Shown here piece after piece: positions 17,531 to 27,397 of a DNA stretch of 64,000 nucleotides. The stretch is from Candidatus Gottesmanbacteria bacterium RIFCSPHIGHO2_01_FULL_40_15. GTDB taxonomy: Bacteria > Patescibacteriota > Microgenomatia > 2-02-FULL-39-11. A program made the translations under genes and the position numbers. The first letter of the stretch is position 1; every line of letters begins with the position of its first letter. The notes beneath the pieces are model-generated. The model was given only the letters and a program-made list of their open reading frames with translations. It was not told where the DNA came from and ran no database searches. The stretch is from positions 76,922-140,921 of the forward strand of contig MFJF01000005.1 of the NCBI GenBank assembly GCA_001779115.1, written 5' to 3'.

Positions 17531-18019
17531 TTACAGTTTGGATAATTCATAAAAAGTATATTTTAAATCTTTATACTGTCCCTGTCTTTTATAAAGAACT
17601 TTTTTGAATTCGTCATAATCCGGGAAAAAAGTATCAGCCTCAAATGATCCTTCGACTACAGTCAAATAGAGTTTATCGGCAAACTTGATTGCCTGGTGGT
17701 ATATTTCCCCCCCGCCGATAAAAAAGATTTCCTGCGTATCCCTGCTTTCACCCATAGAAATAGCTTCCTCTATGGTATGCGCCACAAGAACATTTTCGGC
17801 TTTGAAATCCCGGTCTTTGGTTAAAACTATATTGATTCTTCCCAAAAGCGGTTTGCCGATGGAATCAAATGTTTTTCTGCCCATTATGACAGGATGGCCC
17901 AGGGTTATAGTTTTAAAATGGTGCATATCTTCAGGGATATGCCAGAGCAGTTTATTATCAATGCCTATTTCGCGGTTTTCTCCGATGGCGGCAATAACGG
18001 AGATTTTAAACTGGATCAT
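17531..18019 (-). CDS. folA: dihydrofolate reductase
   Basis: ISVIAAIGENREIG...PVIMGRKTF. The protein is 162 aa. Confidence 0.9.
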   Translation of the reverse strand: MIQFKISVIAAIGENREIGIDNKLLWHIPEDMHHFKTITLGHPVIMGRKTFDSIGKPLLGRINIVLTKDRDFKAENVLVAHTIEEAISMGESRDTQEIFFIGGGEIYHQAIKFADKLYLTVVEGSFEADTFFPDYDEFKKVLYKRQGQYKDLKYTFYELSKL

Positions 18020-18021
18020 AA

Positions 18022-18981
18022 TCAGAAACCTCCCACAACCGTAATCTCGCCTTTAATGGGCGGATACGGATCATAGCCTTCCAGGCTGAAATGTTGGTAA
18101 CGGAAATCATCGATATTTTTTATACTTTTATCAATTTTCATGACAGGCCAGGGTTTCGGTTTTCTTTCCAGCTGTTCCCTGACCTGGTCAAAATGATTCT
18201 CATAAATATGGATATCGCCAAAGGTGTGGACAAAGTCCCCGGCTTTATACCCGGTTACCTGGGCCAGCATCATGGTCAGGAGCGCGTAACTGGCAATATT
18301 AAAAGGTACCCCCAAAAAGGAATCGGCGCTTCTTTGGTAGAGAAGAAGAGACAATTTATCGCCGGTAATATTTATGTGATAAAGGGTATGACAGGGAGCA
18401 ATCACCATGGAATTGGTCCGGCTGCCGCTCATTTCATAGATTGAGCCGGCATTCCAGGCGGAGATGACATAATGTTTTTTCTGGGGAAATTTTTTAATTT
18501 TTTCAATCGCCCATCCCAGCTGGTCGATTTCCTTTCCGTCTCCTGTCGGCCAGCGCCTCCACTGGACACCGTAAACCGGCCCGAGCTCGCCCCAGTCTTC
18601 CAGGAATTTTTTATCGGAGGTCATTTTTTGCATAAATTCCTCATACGGCAAAGGCTTTTCTTTTTTTGCATCCTTAACCCAGGTGTATTTTCTGTAAGCC
18701 CACTCGTCCCAGATATGGACATTGTTCTCAACCAGATATTTGATGTTGGAACTGCCTGATAAGAACCAAAGGAGTTCATGAATAATGCCTCTGACAAAGA
18801 CTTTTTTGGTGGTCAGGAGCGGAAATCCTTTGGATAAATCGAACCTTATTTGGCGGCCGAAGACGCTTTTTAATCTGACACCGGTTGAATGGCTGATCTT
18901 CATAGCGCCATTTTCCATGATGTCTTTTAAGAGGTTAAGATATTGATATTCCGGGTGGACAGTATTTTCCATATAAAACAA
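18022..18981 (-). CDS. thyA: thymidylate synthase (ThyA type)
   Basis: Conserved ThyA blocks: RGIIHELLWFLSGS, VIAPCHTLYH, DFVHTFGDIHIY. The gene sits 3 nt upstream of folA. Confidence 0.9.
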   Translation of the reverse strand: MFYMENTVHPEYQYLNLLKDIMENGAMKISHSTGVRLKSVFGRQIRFDLSKGFPLLTTKKVFVRGIIHELLWFLSGSSNIKYLVENNVHIWDEWAYRKYTWVKDAKKEKPLPYEEFMQKMTSDKKFLEDWGELGPVYGVQWRRWPTGDGKEIDQLGWAIEKIKKFPQKKHYVISAWNAGSIYEMSGSRTNSMVIAPCHTLYHINITGDKLSLLLYQRSADSFLGVPFNIASYALLTMMLAQVTGYKAGDFVHTFGDIHIYENHFDQVREQLERKPKPWPVMKIDKSIKNIDDFRYQHFSLEGYDPYPPIKGEITVVGGF

Positions 18982-19027
18982 TAGATCTATTTTACTATAA
19001 AAATAACTTTGCCTGAAGGCAACAATT

Positions 19028-19822
19028 TCAGTTCAATTTTATCAACTGGCCTTTGTCAAGGGCAATACGGTACATCCGTTTGAGAAAAAGGGCTGCCAGA
19101 ATCAGATAGATAAAATTTAAAAACATACTGGTTAAGAATTTCGGCCAATTAAAAATACCGGAAAAAAGGACTTCCCTCATATTTTCAAAGATATAGCTGG
19201 TCGGAGTTATCCGGGCAATCACTTGTGCCCACCGGGGCAGAATATCAACGGGATAGACGACAGCTGAAAAGGGGTAGATTACAAAAAGCATAGCCCAGGC
19301 AAAAGACTGGATTTTATAGCCGTAGCGAAGAATCAATCCGTCAATTATTAATCCGACACTCCAACCGGTAAGAATAAGACTGGCAAATGACGGAATGATC
19401 AGAAGACCGTATCTGAAAATATTAAAGTGGTAAAGCAGATATGCTAAAAAAGACAGGAAACTAATGGTTAAAATCAGCTTAATCATTCCTAATATTAAAG
19501 TGGCAATTACAAATTCGAAAATCCCGACCGGTGTTGTAAAGAGGTTGATAAGATTCCGGTTCCAAGCTTCATCAAGAAGGGGCATGTTAATCTCCCTCTG
19601 GCTACCCAAAACTACAGACCAGAAAATAATCCCTCCGATAAAAACAGCGACAATATCAAATCCCAGATTATACTGTTCTATATAAGATGAGGTCAGACCC
19701 CAGAAAATTAGATCCATGGTTGCCCACCAGAAGGCATCGACGATCCGGTCCAGATCCCTTCTCCAGGTGTACATATGCCTGATGATGATTCCTTTAACTC
19801 CTGACCAGTTTATTTTTTCCAT
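19028..19822 (-). CDS. ABC-2 type transporter permease
   Basis: Six predicted TM helices, about 264 aa, directly downstream of the ABC ATPase. Confidence 0.7.
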   Translation of the reverse strand: MEKINWSGVKGIIIRHMYTWRRDLDRIVDAFWWATMDLIFWGLTSSYIEQYNLGFDIVAVFIGGIIFWSVVLGSQREINMPLLDEAWNRNLINLFTTPVGIFEFVIATLILGMIKLILTISFLSFLAYLLYHFNIFRYGLLIIPSFASLILTGWSVGLIIDGLILRYGYKIQSFAWAMLFVIYPFSAVVYPVDILPRWAQVIARITPTSYIFENMREVLFSGIFNWPKFLTSMFLNFIYLILAALFLKRMYRIALDKGQLIKLN

Positions 19823-19829
19823 TTTAGCG

Positions 19830-20798
19830 TTATAAAGTTTTCCGTCTTTTTCGGGCTGTCAACAGAAAAAAATCTTCAAGAGTCGGTTTATCTATTGATA
19901 TCTCCCGGTAAGATATTCCTTTTTCGGCCAATAGGCTCAAAAATCGGGGAATTTCCTTTTCGGGTATTTCTACAGTTGTATACCGACCCTGAACCCGGGC
20001 GGACCAAAGATTATCGCGGACAACCGATAATAATCTTTTCAAACCGTCACCAACCATCAGGCTGATTCTTGAAATTTTAATCCTTCTGGCCAGACCCTCG
20101 GGAGTATCCTCAGCAATGATTTTTCCCTGATAAAGAAAAATAACCCGGTCACAGATTTGATCAACTTCAGCCATATTATGGGAGGTAAACAGGATGGTCG
20201 TCTTATACTTTTTTCTTAAATTAATAATTTCGGTCCTTATAGTGTCGGCACTTTCCGGATCCAGGGAAGAAGTCGGCTCGTCAAACAGAATAAAACGGGG
20301 AAAATTAAGAAATGATTTAGCCATATTCAATCTGGTTACCCAACCCGATGACAGCTCATTGACTTCCCTGTCTTTTTTTTCCTCAAGGGAAAATACTTTC
20401 ATTATTTCATTAACCCTTTTTCCCGGGTTTTCGACACCATAAAGCAGTGCCAGAACATTAAGATTTTCTCTGACAGTCAGATTCCAGGGCAAATGGGTAT
20501 AAGTTGAGGAAAAATTGGAATTTTTCAAAATTTCTTTACGGAATTTCCTTAAATCCCTGCCAAAAACTCTGATTGTACCCCGCGTCGGAGTAATTAAACC
20601 CAGTATCATCTGGATGGTGGTAGTTTTGCCGGCGCCGTTGGGCCCGAGAAGGCCAACAATCTCGCCTTCTTTTATGTCAAAAGAAATATCATCAACGGCA
20701 ATAACTTTTTTCCCGGTTTTCCGGATTTTCCAGAAAGGGCTTTTTTGGAAAAAAATTTTGGTAATATTTTTGACTTCGACAATCGGACGCACCCGCAT
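19830..20798 (-). CDS. ABC transporter ATP-binding protein
   Basis: GPNGAGKTT (Walker A), LSSGWVTRL (signature), ILFDEPTSSLD (Walker B). Confidence 0.9.
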   Translation of the reverse strand: MRVRPIVEVKNITKIFFQKSPFWKIRKTGKKVIAVDDISFDIKEGEIVGLLGPNGAGKTTTIQMILGLITPTRGTIRVFGRDLRKFRKEILKNSNFSSTYTHLPWNLTVRENLNVLALLYGVENPGKRVNEIMKVFSLEEKKDREVNELSSGWVTRLNMAKSFLNFPRFILFDEPTSSLDPESADTIRTEIINLRKKYKTTILFTSHNMAEVDQICDRVIFLYQGKIIAEDTPEGLARRIKISRISLMVGDGLKRLLSVVRDNLWSARVQGRYTTVEIPEKEIPRFLSLLAEKGISYREISIDKPTLEDFFLLTARKRRKTL

Positions 20799-20934
20799 AG
20801 GAGTATTTTACGCTTCCCTCATTGTTCTTGCCAATCCTTTGGACTACTTGACACAAACATAATAATACTATAGGATATTTGTTGTATAGCTTTTATATCA
20901 GTTTTTGTTTACCTGATATAATAAGCTACTGCCA

Positions 20935-23061
20935 ATGCCGAGAAAATACCGCCGCAGGCGGAAAAAATCCATCTTAAAACCGAAAAAGGGAACAATATTT
21001 TCAATTGTTGCCCTTATCCTGTTTTCAGGTTCAATTCTAACTTTTTTGTCTTTTTTCCAAAGAGGAACTGTTCTTGACCAGCTTAATTTCACCGCTGAGG
21101 AGTATTTCGGGCCGATGAAGTTTTTACTTCCTTTGGCAATTCTTTTATTTTCCCTGCTTTTGGCACGGCTTAAAATATTTTCCGTCAGACCAAATATACC
21201 AATCGGATTTTTTCTGGTTTTTATCTGTCTTATCGCCCTGTCGCAAAGCGGTTATGCCGGCAGTATCAGTTGGGCGATTATTGCCGATTCCGTTTCACCG
21301 GTCGGGGCTTTTCTTATTTTATCGGTAATGCTTCTTATCGGACTGATTGTTCTTTTTAACACATCAATTGAAGAAATAGTTAAAATAGCCGATTCATTTT
21401 ATACGGCAGCCAGCAAAATGCTTCAGCCTGTTTTGGATAAAAAGAAGCCGGTTTTTGTGGAAAAGCTGCCCATTAAAATACCGGCAGTTGGGGAGATAAA
21501 AGAACAGGAAAGGAATGAGGAAAAGAGAGAGACAACCGGGAAGAAAAAAACTGATTCGGTATCGGCTGATTCCTTCGGATCAAGTATTCTGACTAATTTA
21601 CCAGCCTCCGATCAGGTATGGGAATATCCGCCCTACAGTATTTTATCCGGATCGGCAGGTCAAAAGGCTGACCGGGGAGATATGAAACAGAACGCGGCTA
21701 CCATTGAACGGACTCTTGAGAGTTTCGGCATATCCGCCAAAGTGACTGAAGTTAATTTGGGGCCTGCGGTGACGCAATATTCACTTGATATTGCCCTGGG
21801 AACGAAACTGTCCAAAATAACCGCCCTGTCAAACGATCTGGCACTGGCACTGGCCGCGCCGACCGGGCAAATCAGAATTGAAGCTCCTATTCCGGGCAAA
21901 AGACTGGTCGGAATTGAAATACCGAACAGATCCCTGGAATTTGTCACTTTGAGACACATGCTCTCCCAGGACATACTTAAAAGAAGTAAAGACAAACTAT
22001 TGGTTGCCTTGGGACTTGATGTTTCGGGAAATCCTGTCATGGCCAATATTGCCAAGATGCCCCATGTTTTGATCGCCGGAACTACTGGAAGCGGAAAATC
22101 GGTTCTTATTAATTCCTGGATCGCTTCAATTCTTTTCAGAACATCTCCTTCTGAGGTAAGACTGATACTGGTTGATCCGAAAAGAGTTGAACTTAACCTG
22201 TATAGGGATATCCCCCATCTGATGGCGCCGGTTATTGTGGAACCTGACAAAATATTATCTTCCCTTAAATGGGCTATCGGGGAAATGGAAAGAAGATATA
22301 AACTTTTTGCCGAGGTCGGAGTCAGACATATTGACGGTTATAATGAACTGTCGGGTTTTCAGGCGATTCCTTACATTCTCATTTTTATTGACGAGCTGGC
22401 CGACCTGATGGCTTTTGCTCCGGTTGAAGTTGAGGATTCTATCTGCCGTCTGGCCCAAATGGCCAGAGCAACCGGCATACATCTGGTGGTGGCCACACAA
22501 AGGCCTTCCGTTGATGTTATAACGGGACTTATAAAAGCCAATATTCCCTCAAGGATCGCATTTAATGTTTCCTCAATGGTTGACTCCAGGGTTATTATAG
22601 ATATGCCGGGCGCGGAAAAACTTTTAGGCCGGGGAGACATGCTGTATATTCCGCCTGACCAGGCCAAACCGACGAGAATCCAGGGAACATATGTGGCTGA
22701 ACCTGAGTTGATCAGGCTGGTTGAATTTCTCAAGGATAAAAACAAGCCGGTTGAATATACCGAAGAGGTAATCACACAGCCCGTTACCTGGAAAAAAGGT
22801 ACCGGAGCCGGCCAGGGAGACAGCGAAACCAAAGATGATTTATTTGATTCGGCGGTCAGGGTGGTTTGCCAATATGACCGGGCATCAGCCTCACTTCTTC
22901 AAAGAAAATTATCAATCGGATACGCCCGGGCGGCCAGAATTTTAGACCAGCTTGAAGATGGCGGTATTGTCAGTCAGGGAGAAGGATCAAAACCAAGGGA
23001 TGTTCTGGTGAAAAATCCCGATGACTACTTTGCCAGCCGAGATGCCCAAATAACAATATAA
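20935..23061 (+). CDS. ftsK: DNA translocase FtsK/SpoIIIE
   Basis: N-terminal TM helices. Motor domain with GTTGSGKSV (Walker A). The gamma domain reads LLQRKLSIGYARAARILDQLEDGGIV. Confidence 0.9.
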   Translation: MPRKYRRRRKKSILKPKKGTIFSIVALILFSGSILTFLSFFQRGTVLDQLNFTAEEYFGPMKFLLPLAILLFSLLLARLKIFSVRPNIPIGFFLVFICLIALSQSGYAGSISWAIIADSVSPVGAFLILSVMLLIGLIVLFNTSIEEIVKIADSFYTAASKMLQPVLDKKKPVFVEKLPIKIPAVGEIKEQERNEEKRETTGKKKTDSVSADSFGSSILTNLPASDQVWEYPPYSILSGSAGQKADRGDMKQNAATIERTLESFGISAKVTEVNLGPAVTQYSLDIALGTKLSKITALSNDLALALAAPTGQIRIEAPIPGKRLVGIEIPNRSLEFVTLRHMLSQDILKRSKDKLLVALGLDVSGNPVMANIAKMPHVLIAGTTGSGKSVLINSWIASILFRTSPSEVRLILVDPKRVELNLYRDIPHLMAPVIVEPDKILSSLKWAIGEMERRYKLFAEVGVRHIDGYNELSGFQAIPYILIFIDELADLMAFAPVEVEDSICRLAQMARATGIHLVVATQRPSVDVITGLIKANIPSRIAFNVSSMVDSRVIIDMPGAEKLLGRGDMLYIPPDQAKPTRIQGTYVAEPELIRLVEFLKDKNKPVEYTEEVITQPVTWKKGTGAGQGDSETKDDLFDSAVRVVCQYDRASASLLQRKLSIGYARAARILDQLEDGGIVSQGEGSKPRDVLVKNPDDYFASRDAQITI

Positions 23062-23095
23062 CCTGCCCGGAAACTTTCAGGAAGCTTATTCCATT

Positions 23096-23749
23096 ATGAA
23101 GACAGTCGGAGAAATCTTAAGACGAGCCAGAGACGAAAAGGGGCTGACTTTGGATCATATCGAGGAAAAAATAAAAATCAGGAAAAAATTTCTTCAGGCG
23201 CTTGAAGAGAACGCCTGGAACAAACTTCCTTCACTTCCCTATATTAAAGGTTTTTTAAGAAACTACAGTTCATTTCTTAACCTTAATGCCGATGAAATGC
23301 TGGCAGTTTTCAGGAGGCAATATCTTTTTGAAGAGAAGGATGAGTTGATTCCCGAGAGCATTTCCAATCCTGTCAATAAACCCATCATCAGGCTGTCACC
23401 CCAAAGAATCTTCCTTTTGGTAACGGTCATTTTCCTCTTAATTTTTTTCATTAACCTGGCCCGCCAGTACCGGGCCATTTCCAACCCGCCCATGCTTTCC
23501 GTGAAACAGCCCAATGAGGGTGAAATATTAACATCTCAGGATCTGGAGGTTCGCGGAAAAACCGATCCCGACGCGGTTATTGAGATAAACAACAAAAAAA
23601 TTACAATTAATGACAAGGGTGAATTTTCTGCCACATTCCAGCTTCAGCCTGGAATCAATACAATCATAATCGAATCAGTCAGTAAACACGGGAAAAAAAG
23701 AACAGTCACCAGAACCGTCTCGGTTGAAAATCAAGGCTCGCAATTTTAA
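23096..23749 (+). CDS. RodZ-like protein (HTH_25 domain, TM helix, DUF4115-like C-terminal domain)
   Basis: GEILRRARDEKGLTLDHIEEKIKIRKKFLQALEE...LPYIKGFLRNYSSFLNL is typical of the RodZ N-terminus. A single TM helix and a beta-rich C-terminal domain follow. Confidence 0.65.
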   Translation: MKTVGEILRRARDEKGLTLDHIEEKIKIRKKFLQALEENAWNKLPSLPYIKGFLRNYSSFLNLNADEMLAVFRRQYLFEEKDELIPESISNPVNKPIIRLSPQRIFLLVTVIFLLIFFINLARQYRAISNPPMLSVKQPNEGEILTSQDLEVRGKTDPDAVIEINNKKITINDKGEFSATFQLQPGINTIIIESVSKHGKKRTVTRTVSVENQGSQF

Positions 23750-25194
23750 TGAAGCTGAAGCTTTTTTCCCTCATTCTTTTATATTTTCTGAGCCGGATTC
23801 CCTTTATCCGCAGTTACCCCGTTTATTATGATTCATTTGAATATGAAAGGATTGCCGATAAGATTAACCTTTCTAATTTCAGGCAAACAGCCCTCTTAAG
23901 CCACCAGCCGGTCCATACTTTTTACCTGGCAACAGCCGCTTTTTTCAAATCGTTTTTTCCCTATCTTAATTCCGGACAGGTGCTTTCCTTAATTTCATTT
24001 CTGTCCGGACTATTTACCGTTATCATTTTTTATTTGGCAATAAAAGATATTGACGGTGAAAACAGGGGGTTTTGGGCGGGACTTTTTCTTTTATCGTTTC
24101 CCTATTTTTTGGCAGTTAACAGTAATATTTTATACGAAGGAGAGCTTTTGATGTTTCTGGCTCTGGCCTTATTATTGGGGATTAAGCCCGGGAAAAAAAA
24201 CAATATGTACTTGACAGCGCTTTCCGGTGTCAGCTACGGGTTATCGGTTCTTATTTTTATCGGCAGTCTGTTTTTTCTGCCAATAATTCTTATTGTTAAT
24301 ATTGCCAAAAAGAAGAAACCGGTATTTAATCTTTTTATCTTTCTCCTGGCTTTTTCTTTAACCGCTATTCTGTCAGATTTAATATTGTTTTCCTCAATTA
24401 TTAATCTGGCTGATAAATATCTTTCCCATGCCTCGGATTTTACTTCAGCCCGGGGCGGGATTTTAATTTTTACGGCCAGGATTTTAAGAAATATTTTCCT
24501 TCAAACAAGCCTTAATCTTTCCGCTATCGGAGCGGCTATTTTCTTTGCGGCACTTATTTTTTTTCTTTATAAAAAACGAGTTTACCGGACATATTTTTTA
24601 GTTTTGGGAATACCGCTTATGATTTTGATGCAGTATTGGCATGCCGGTCTTTACGGAAGACTGGCTGTTATTATACTTTTTCCGGCCGCTTATGTTTTAT
24701 CCCAAATCGGCAAAAATTCACTTTCCAAATTATTAATTATTCTTCTAATCCTGACAACAACCGGAAAATACGCCAAAGCTTTTTTAAGCCGCCCGCCCTC
24801 ATACCACTATCTTAAACTTATTAATAATAATCCCGTTTTAAATGGGTCCGCCGTTGTTACATCAGATTACAACCGTTTTATTTATGAAAGATACGGGTCG
24901 CCTGTTTTTATCATCAGGGATACACCCGGAATATATGACCAACTGGATGTTTTTATCAGCAGGCAGCTTCAAAACAACAGAATTGTAGCGGTTGATTCGC
25001 AGGCAGTTTTTTTCCCAAATAGGCAATTTGACGGGGATTTTTACCATCCCTTAACATTTAAAAAAAGGGCAAATGAAAAAATTCAAACAATATTGAAAAA
25101 ATATCCGACAGTCAGTACAGTCAAAGACTCCGGAAATGAAGAGATTTACTTCCTGATTTTAAATCCCGGTGAATCTTTGGCAATTTATCATTGA
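23749..25194 (+). CDS. GT-C family glycosyltransferase (ArnT/PMT-like)
   Basis: More than 10 TM helices. The first-loop motif YYDSFEYERIADKI resembles the DExRYAxIAR signature of ArnT/PMT. Confidence 0.55.
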   Translation: MKLKLFSLILLYFLSRIPFIRSYPVYYDSFEYERIADKINLSNFRQTALLSHQPVHTFYLATAAFFKSFFPYLNSGQVLSLISFLSGLFTVIIFYLAIKDIDGENRGFWAGLFLLSFPYFLAVNSNILYEGELLMFLALALLLGIKPGKKNNMYLTALSGVSYGLSVLIFIGSLFFLPIILIVNIAKKKKPVFNLFIFLLAFSLTAILSDLILFSSIINLADKYLSHASDFTSARGGILIFTARILRNIFLQTSLNLSAIGAAIFFAALIFFLYKKRVYRTYFLVLGIPLMILMQYWHAGLYGRLAVIILFPAAYVLSQIGKNSLSKLLIILLILTTTGKYAKAFLSRPPSYHYLKLINNNPVLNGSAVVTSDYNRFIYERYGSPVFIIRDTPGIYDQLDVFISRQLQNNRIVAVDSQAVFFPNRQFDGDFYHPLTFKKRANEKIQTILKKYPTVSTVKDSGNEEIYFLILNPGESLAIYH

Positions 25195-25243
25195 CATAAA
25201 CTGAAGCTCTGGTTAGAATTAAACAAAGTTAAACAACTGCTCT

Positions 25244-25516
25244 ATGATAGAACCGACCCAGGTACTTCTTTTTTCAGTGGTAACTATTTTGACCGTAATA
25301 CTGGTTCTTATCGGCTGGCAAATTTTCCAGATTCTTTCGGAAATCCGCAAAATGATGATGAAATTCAATACCATGGTTGACGGCGCTGTTTCGGTTACCG
25401 GAAACCTGGGAAAATCATTTGAAAAACTGGGTGGCTTTTCGGAGGGAGTCCAGGCGGTATTTTCCCTATTTAGGTTATTTTCGGTTAAAAAGAGGGAAAA
25501 AAAAGAGGAAGACTGA
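25244..25516 (+). CDS. small membrane protein (hypothetical)
   Basis: 90 aa with one N-terminal TM helix. The stop overlaps the RBS and start of the next gene. Confidence 0.4.
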   Translation: MIEPTQVLLFSVVTILTVILVLIGWQIFQILSEIRKMMMKFNTMVDGAVSVTGNLGKSFEKLGGFSEGVQAVFSLFRLFSVKKREKKEED

Positions 25517-25517
25517 T

Positions 25518-25913
25518 ATGGAAGAAAAGAGCAATAAAGCCGGAAATTTCTGGTTGGGATTTTTCCTCGGCGGAATAGTCGGGGCTTTCGTCATTTTTGT
25601 ATTGGGCACAAAAGAAGGCAAGAAGCTGGCGGAAAAGATACGCGAAAACGGCGAGATATTGGAGGAAGATCTGGAAGAGAAAGTCGCCAAACTTCAAAAA
25701 AAGGGAGAAGATATTGTGAAACAGGCCAAAAAGGTTAAGGAGCAGGTGGTAAAGGAAATTGAAGAGAAAAAAGGAGCTACTTCTGACGCCCTTGTTACAA
25801 AAATGGATGAAGCGTTTACGAAAATTGAGGACCTGCAGAAAAAAGGGACAGCCCTGACGGAAGAGGTTCATCAACGCTACTTCAAAAAAGACGGCAAACC
25901 CCTGAATTCGTAA
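25518..25913 (+). CDS. YtxH-like membrane-anchored coiled-coil protein
   Basis: AGNFWLGFFLGGIVGAFVIFVLG followed by a K/E-rich coiled coil. An AGGAAG RBS lies before the ATG. The ORF-track N-terminal extension (25377) is rejected. Confidence 0.5.
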   Translation: MEEKSNKAGNFWLGFFLGGIVGAFVIFVLGTKEGKKLAEKIRENGEILEEDLEEKVAKLQKKGEDIVKQAKKVKEQVVKEIEEKKGATSDALVTKMDEAFTKIEDLQKKGTALTEEVHQRYFKKDGKPLNS

Positions 25914-25936
25914 AAATTCAAATTCTAAAGCGAAGC

Positions 25937-26647
25937 TTACTGGTTGGCCGGTTCGTTTTGACCGTCAGTTTCCACGTAGGACACGCAATCTCCCTGATTA
26001 TTAAAGACACCAAACTCTTCCCAGCCGTCTTTTTTACACTCTTCCTTATCAGCGGGCATGACCGTCTGGGGCGGAAGAGAAACGATTTCCTCAACGATTA
26101 CATTATCCAACGCCGGGCCGTATGCAGAGTCTACATTACTGGTAAAAGTTAAGACAGTAGTTCCAGCAGTTGCGGTGAATTCAAAATTTCTTGTCTCCCA
26201 ACCCATAGTTTCTTTAGTATTCTTGGTATGATTGGTTGTATCAAAACTAAATGGGGAGATTGGGTCACCACCGACATCCGCAGTCAAAGTTTTAATTCCA
26301 GATCCGCCCTCGGGATTACCGGCCATGTCAAATTTCACAATATAATTCTTTCCGGCTTCTGTGGGAAACGGCTGTCTGATTGAGCCTGCTACCAGTCCGC
26401 TTAAATCGATACTCCGGCTGCCTTCTGATGCCGGCCAATAAGTACCGATTATTTCCACGTTTCCAGAAACAACTTCCCAATTAACAATATCCGTATCCTC
26501 TGTATCAACCTGTAAGTACAGTCCCGGTTCGGTTCCGTATTCGAAACTGCCGTTTTGGACAATTGAAGCTGCCAAAGCAACGGTTGTAACACTAACGAGA
26601 ACCATACCGGCGACCGCACTTGTGAGTATCAGTTTTTTAATTTTCAT
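25937..26647 (-). CDS. secreted DUF642-like protein
   Basis: Signal peptide (AVAGMVLVSVTTVALAAS) then NGSFEYGTEPG...WEVVSGNVEII...SIDLSG, which resembles DUF642. A strong AAAGGAG RBS and an ACTTGACAAA -35 box lie upstream. Confidence 0.6.
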   Translation of the reverse strand: MKIKKLILTSAVAGMVLVSVTTVALAASIVQNGSFEYGTEPGLYLQVDTEDTDIVNWEVVSGNVEIIGTYWPASEGSRSIDLSGLVAGSIRQPFPTEAGKNYIVKFDMAGNPEGGSGIKTLTADVGGDPISPFSFDTTNHTKNTKETMGWETRNFEFTATAGTTVLTFTSNVDSAYGPALDNVIVEEIVSLPPQTVMPADKEECKKDGWEEFGVFNNQGDCVSYVETDGQNEPANQ

Positions 26648-26749
26648 ATATTTCTCCTTTCGTTAAGAGAAAATTATATTTTCCGTCAAGGACTGGATAA
26701 ACATATCAATCCATAAAGCTTTTGTCAAGTTTTGGAGCATAAAAACCGG

Positions 26750-26791
26750 CATTATAAAACAACCCGCAGGTATTATGCCTGCAGGTTGTTT
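26750..26791 (-). terminator. intrinsic terminator for gene 26829..27146
   Basis: AAACAACC(c/t)GCAGG-tattatg-CCTGCAGGTTGTTT stem, followed by TTTTATAAT on the minus strand. Confidence 0.5.
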
Positions 26792-26828
26792 GAAAAAAAG
26801 TTAAACTAATTTGCTTTATTAAACAAAT

Positions 26829-27146
26829 TTAGTTCTGCGGATTTCCGCAAAGATGGCTATTGTTAATGCCGGTCTGCTGACCATCAGCTCCCGGTCCGGG
26901 ATATGAGCCACCGGGATAATGTCCTGATTGTTCATTTCCAAGATTCCAGTCTTTACCGAAATAACCGAATGATCCGTGTCCCTGACATTCTGTATGACTT
27001 GCAGAAACATCGTGACCCGGTTGAGTTCCGTAACCGGAACCGTCACCTTCATTTCCGGCAAAAGCAGGTGCTACTAAACTTCCGTACATTAAAGCACCGG
27101 CTGCTGTTCCGATTAAAAATTTCTTAATATTCATAAAATTTTTCAC
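26829..27146 (-). CDS. small secreted Gly/His-rich protein (hypothetical)
   Basis: 105 aa with a signal peptide (...SLVAPAFA). The mature part is about 75 aa, Gly-rich with two Cys. It has a very strong RBS (AAAGGAGGTG), a TTGACA-N17-TATGGT promoter and its own terminator. Confidence 0.5.
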   Translation of the reverse strand: MKNFMNIKKFLIGTAAGALMYGSLVAPAFAGNEGDGSGYGTQPGHDVSASHTECQGHGSFGYFGKDWNLGNEQSGHYPGGSYPGPGADGQQTGINNSHLCGNPQN

Positions 27147-27397
27147 CTCCTTTCGGGTATTAAAAATCCGCCTCTGCTGCGGACTTGGGTTATTATTCGG
27201 AGTCTTTAATTATATAGATGCGGGTCAATATATTCACGGATTCCTAAACCATACCAGTCAATATTTTTTTTGTCAAGTTATAATCATCCAATTTTAGGGT
27301 TTCTTACTTATTTATTACTATGATGTAAGAAGTCTGCACTAGGTTGATAAAATAACCGTTATATTTTTTTAAAAAGTAATATATACTTACAAAACAT

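Noticed and set aside
25377-25517. N-terminal extensions of the track ORFs 25377..25913, 27960..28343, 45958..46548, 51214..51834, 55798..57678 and 37603..38337
   Set aside because: Each extension overlaps the preceding gene in another frame. In each case an internal ATG with better context (RBS or a homology-consistent N-terminus) exists, so the shorter coordinates were used.
27265-27290. Plus-strand reading of TTGTCAagtTATAAT as a promoter for gene 27398
   Set aside because: The spacing between the -35-like and -10-like elements is only 3 nt. The same 10-mer occurs upstream of two other minus-strand genes, so the functional reading is ACTTGACAAA on the minus strand.
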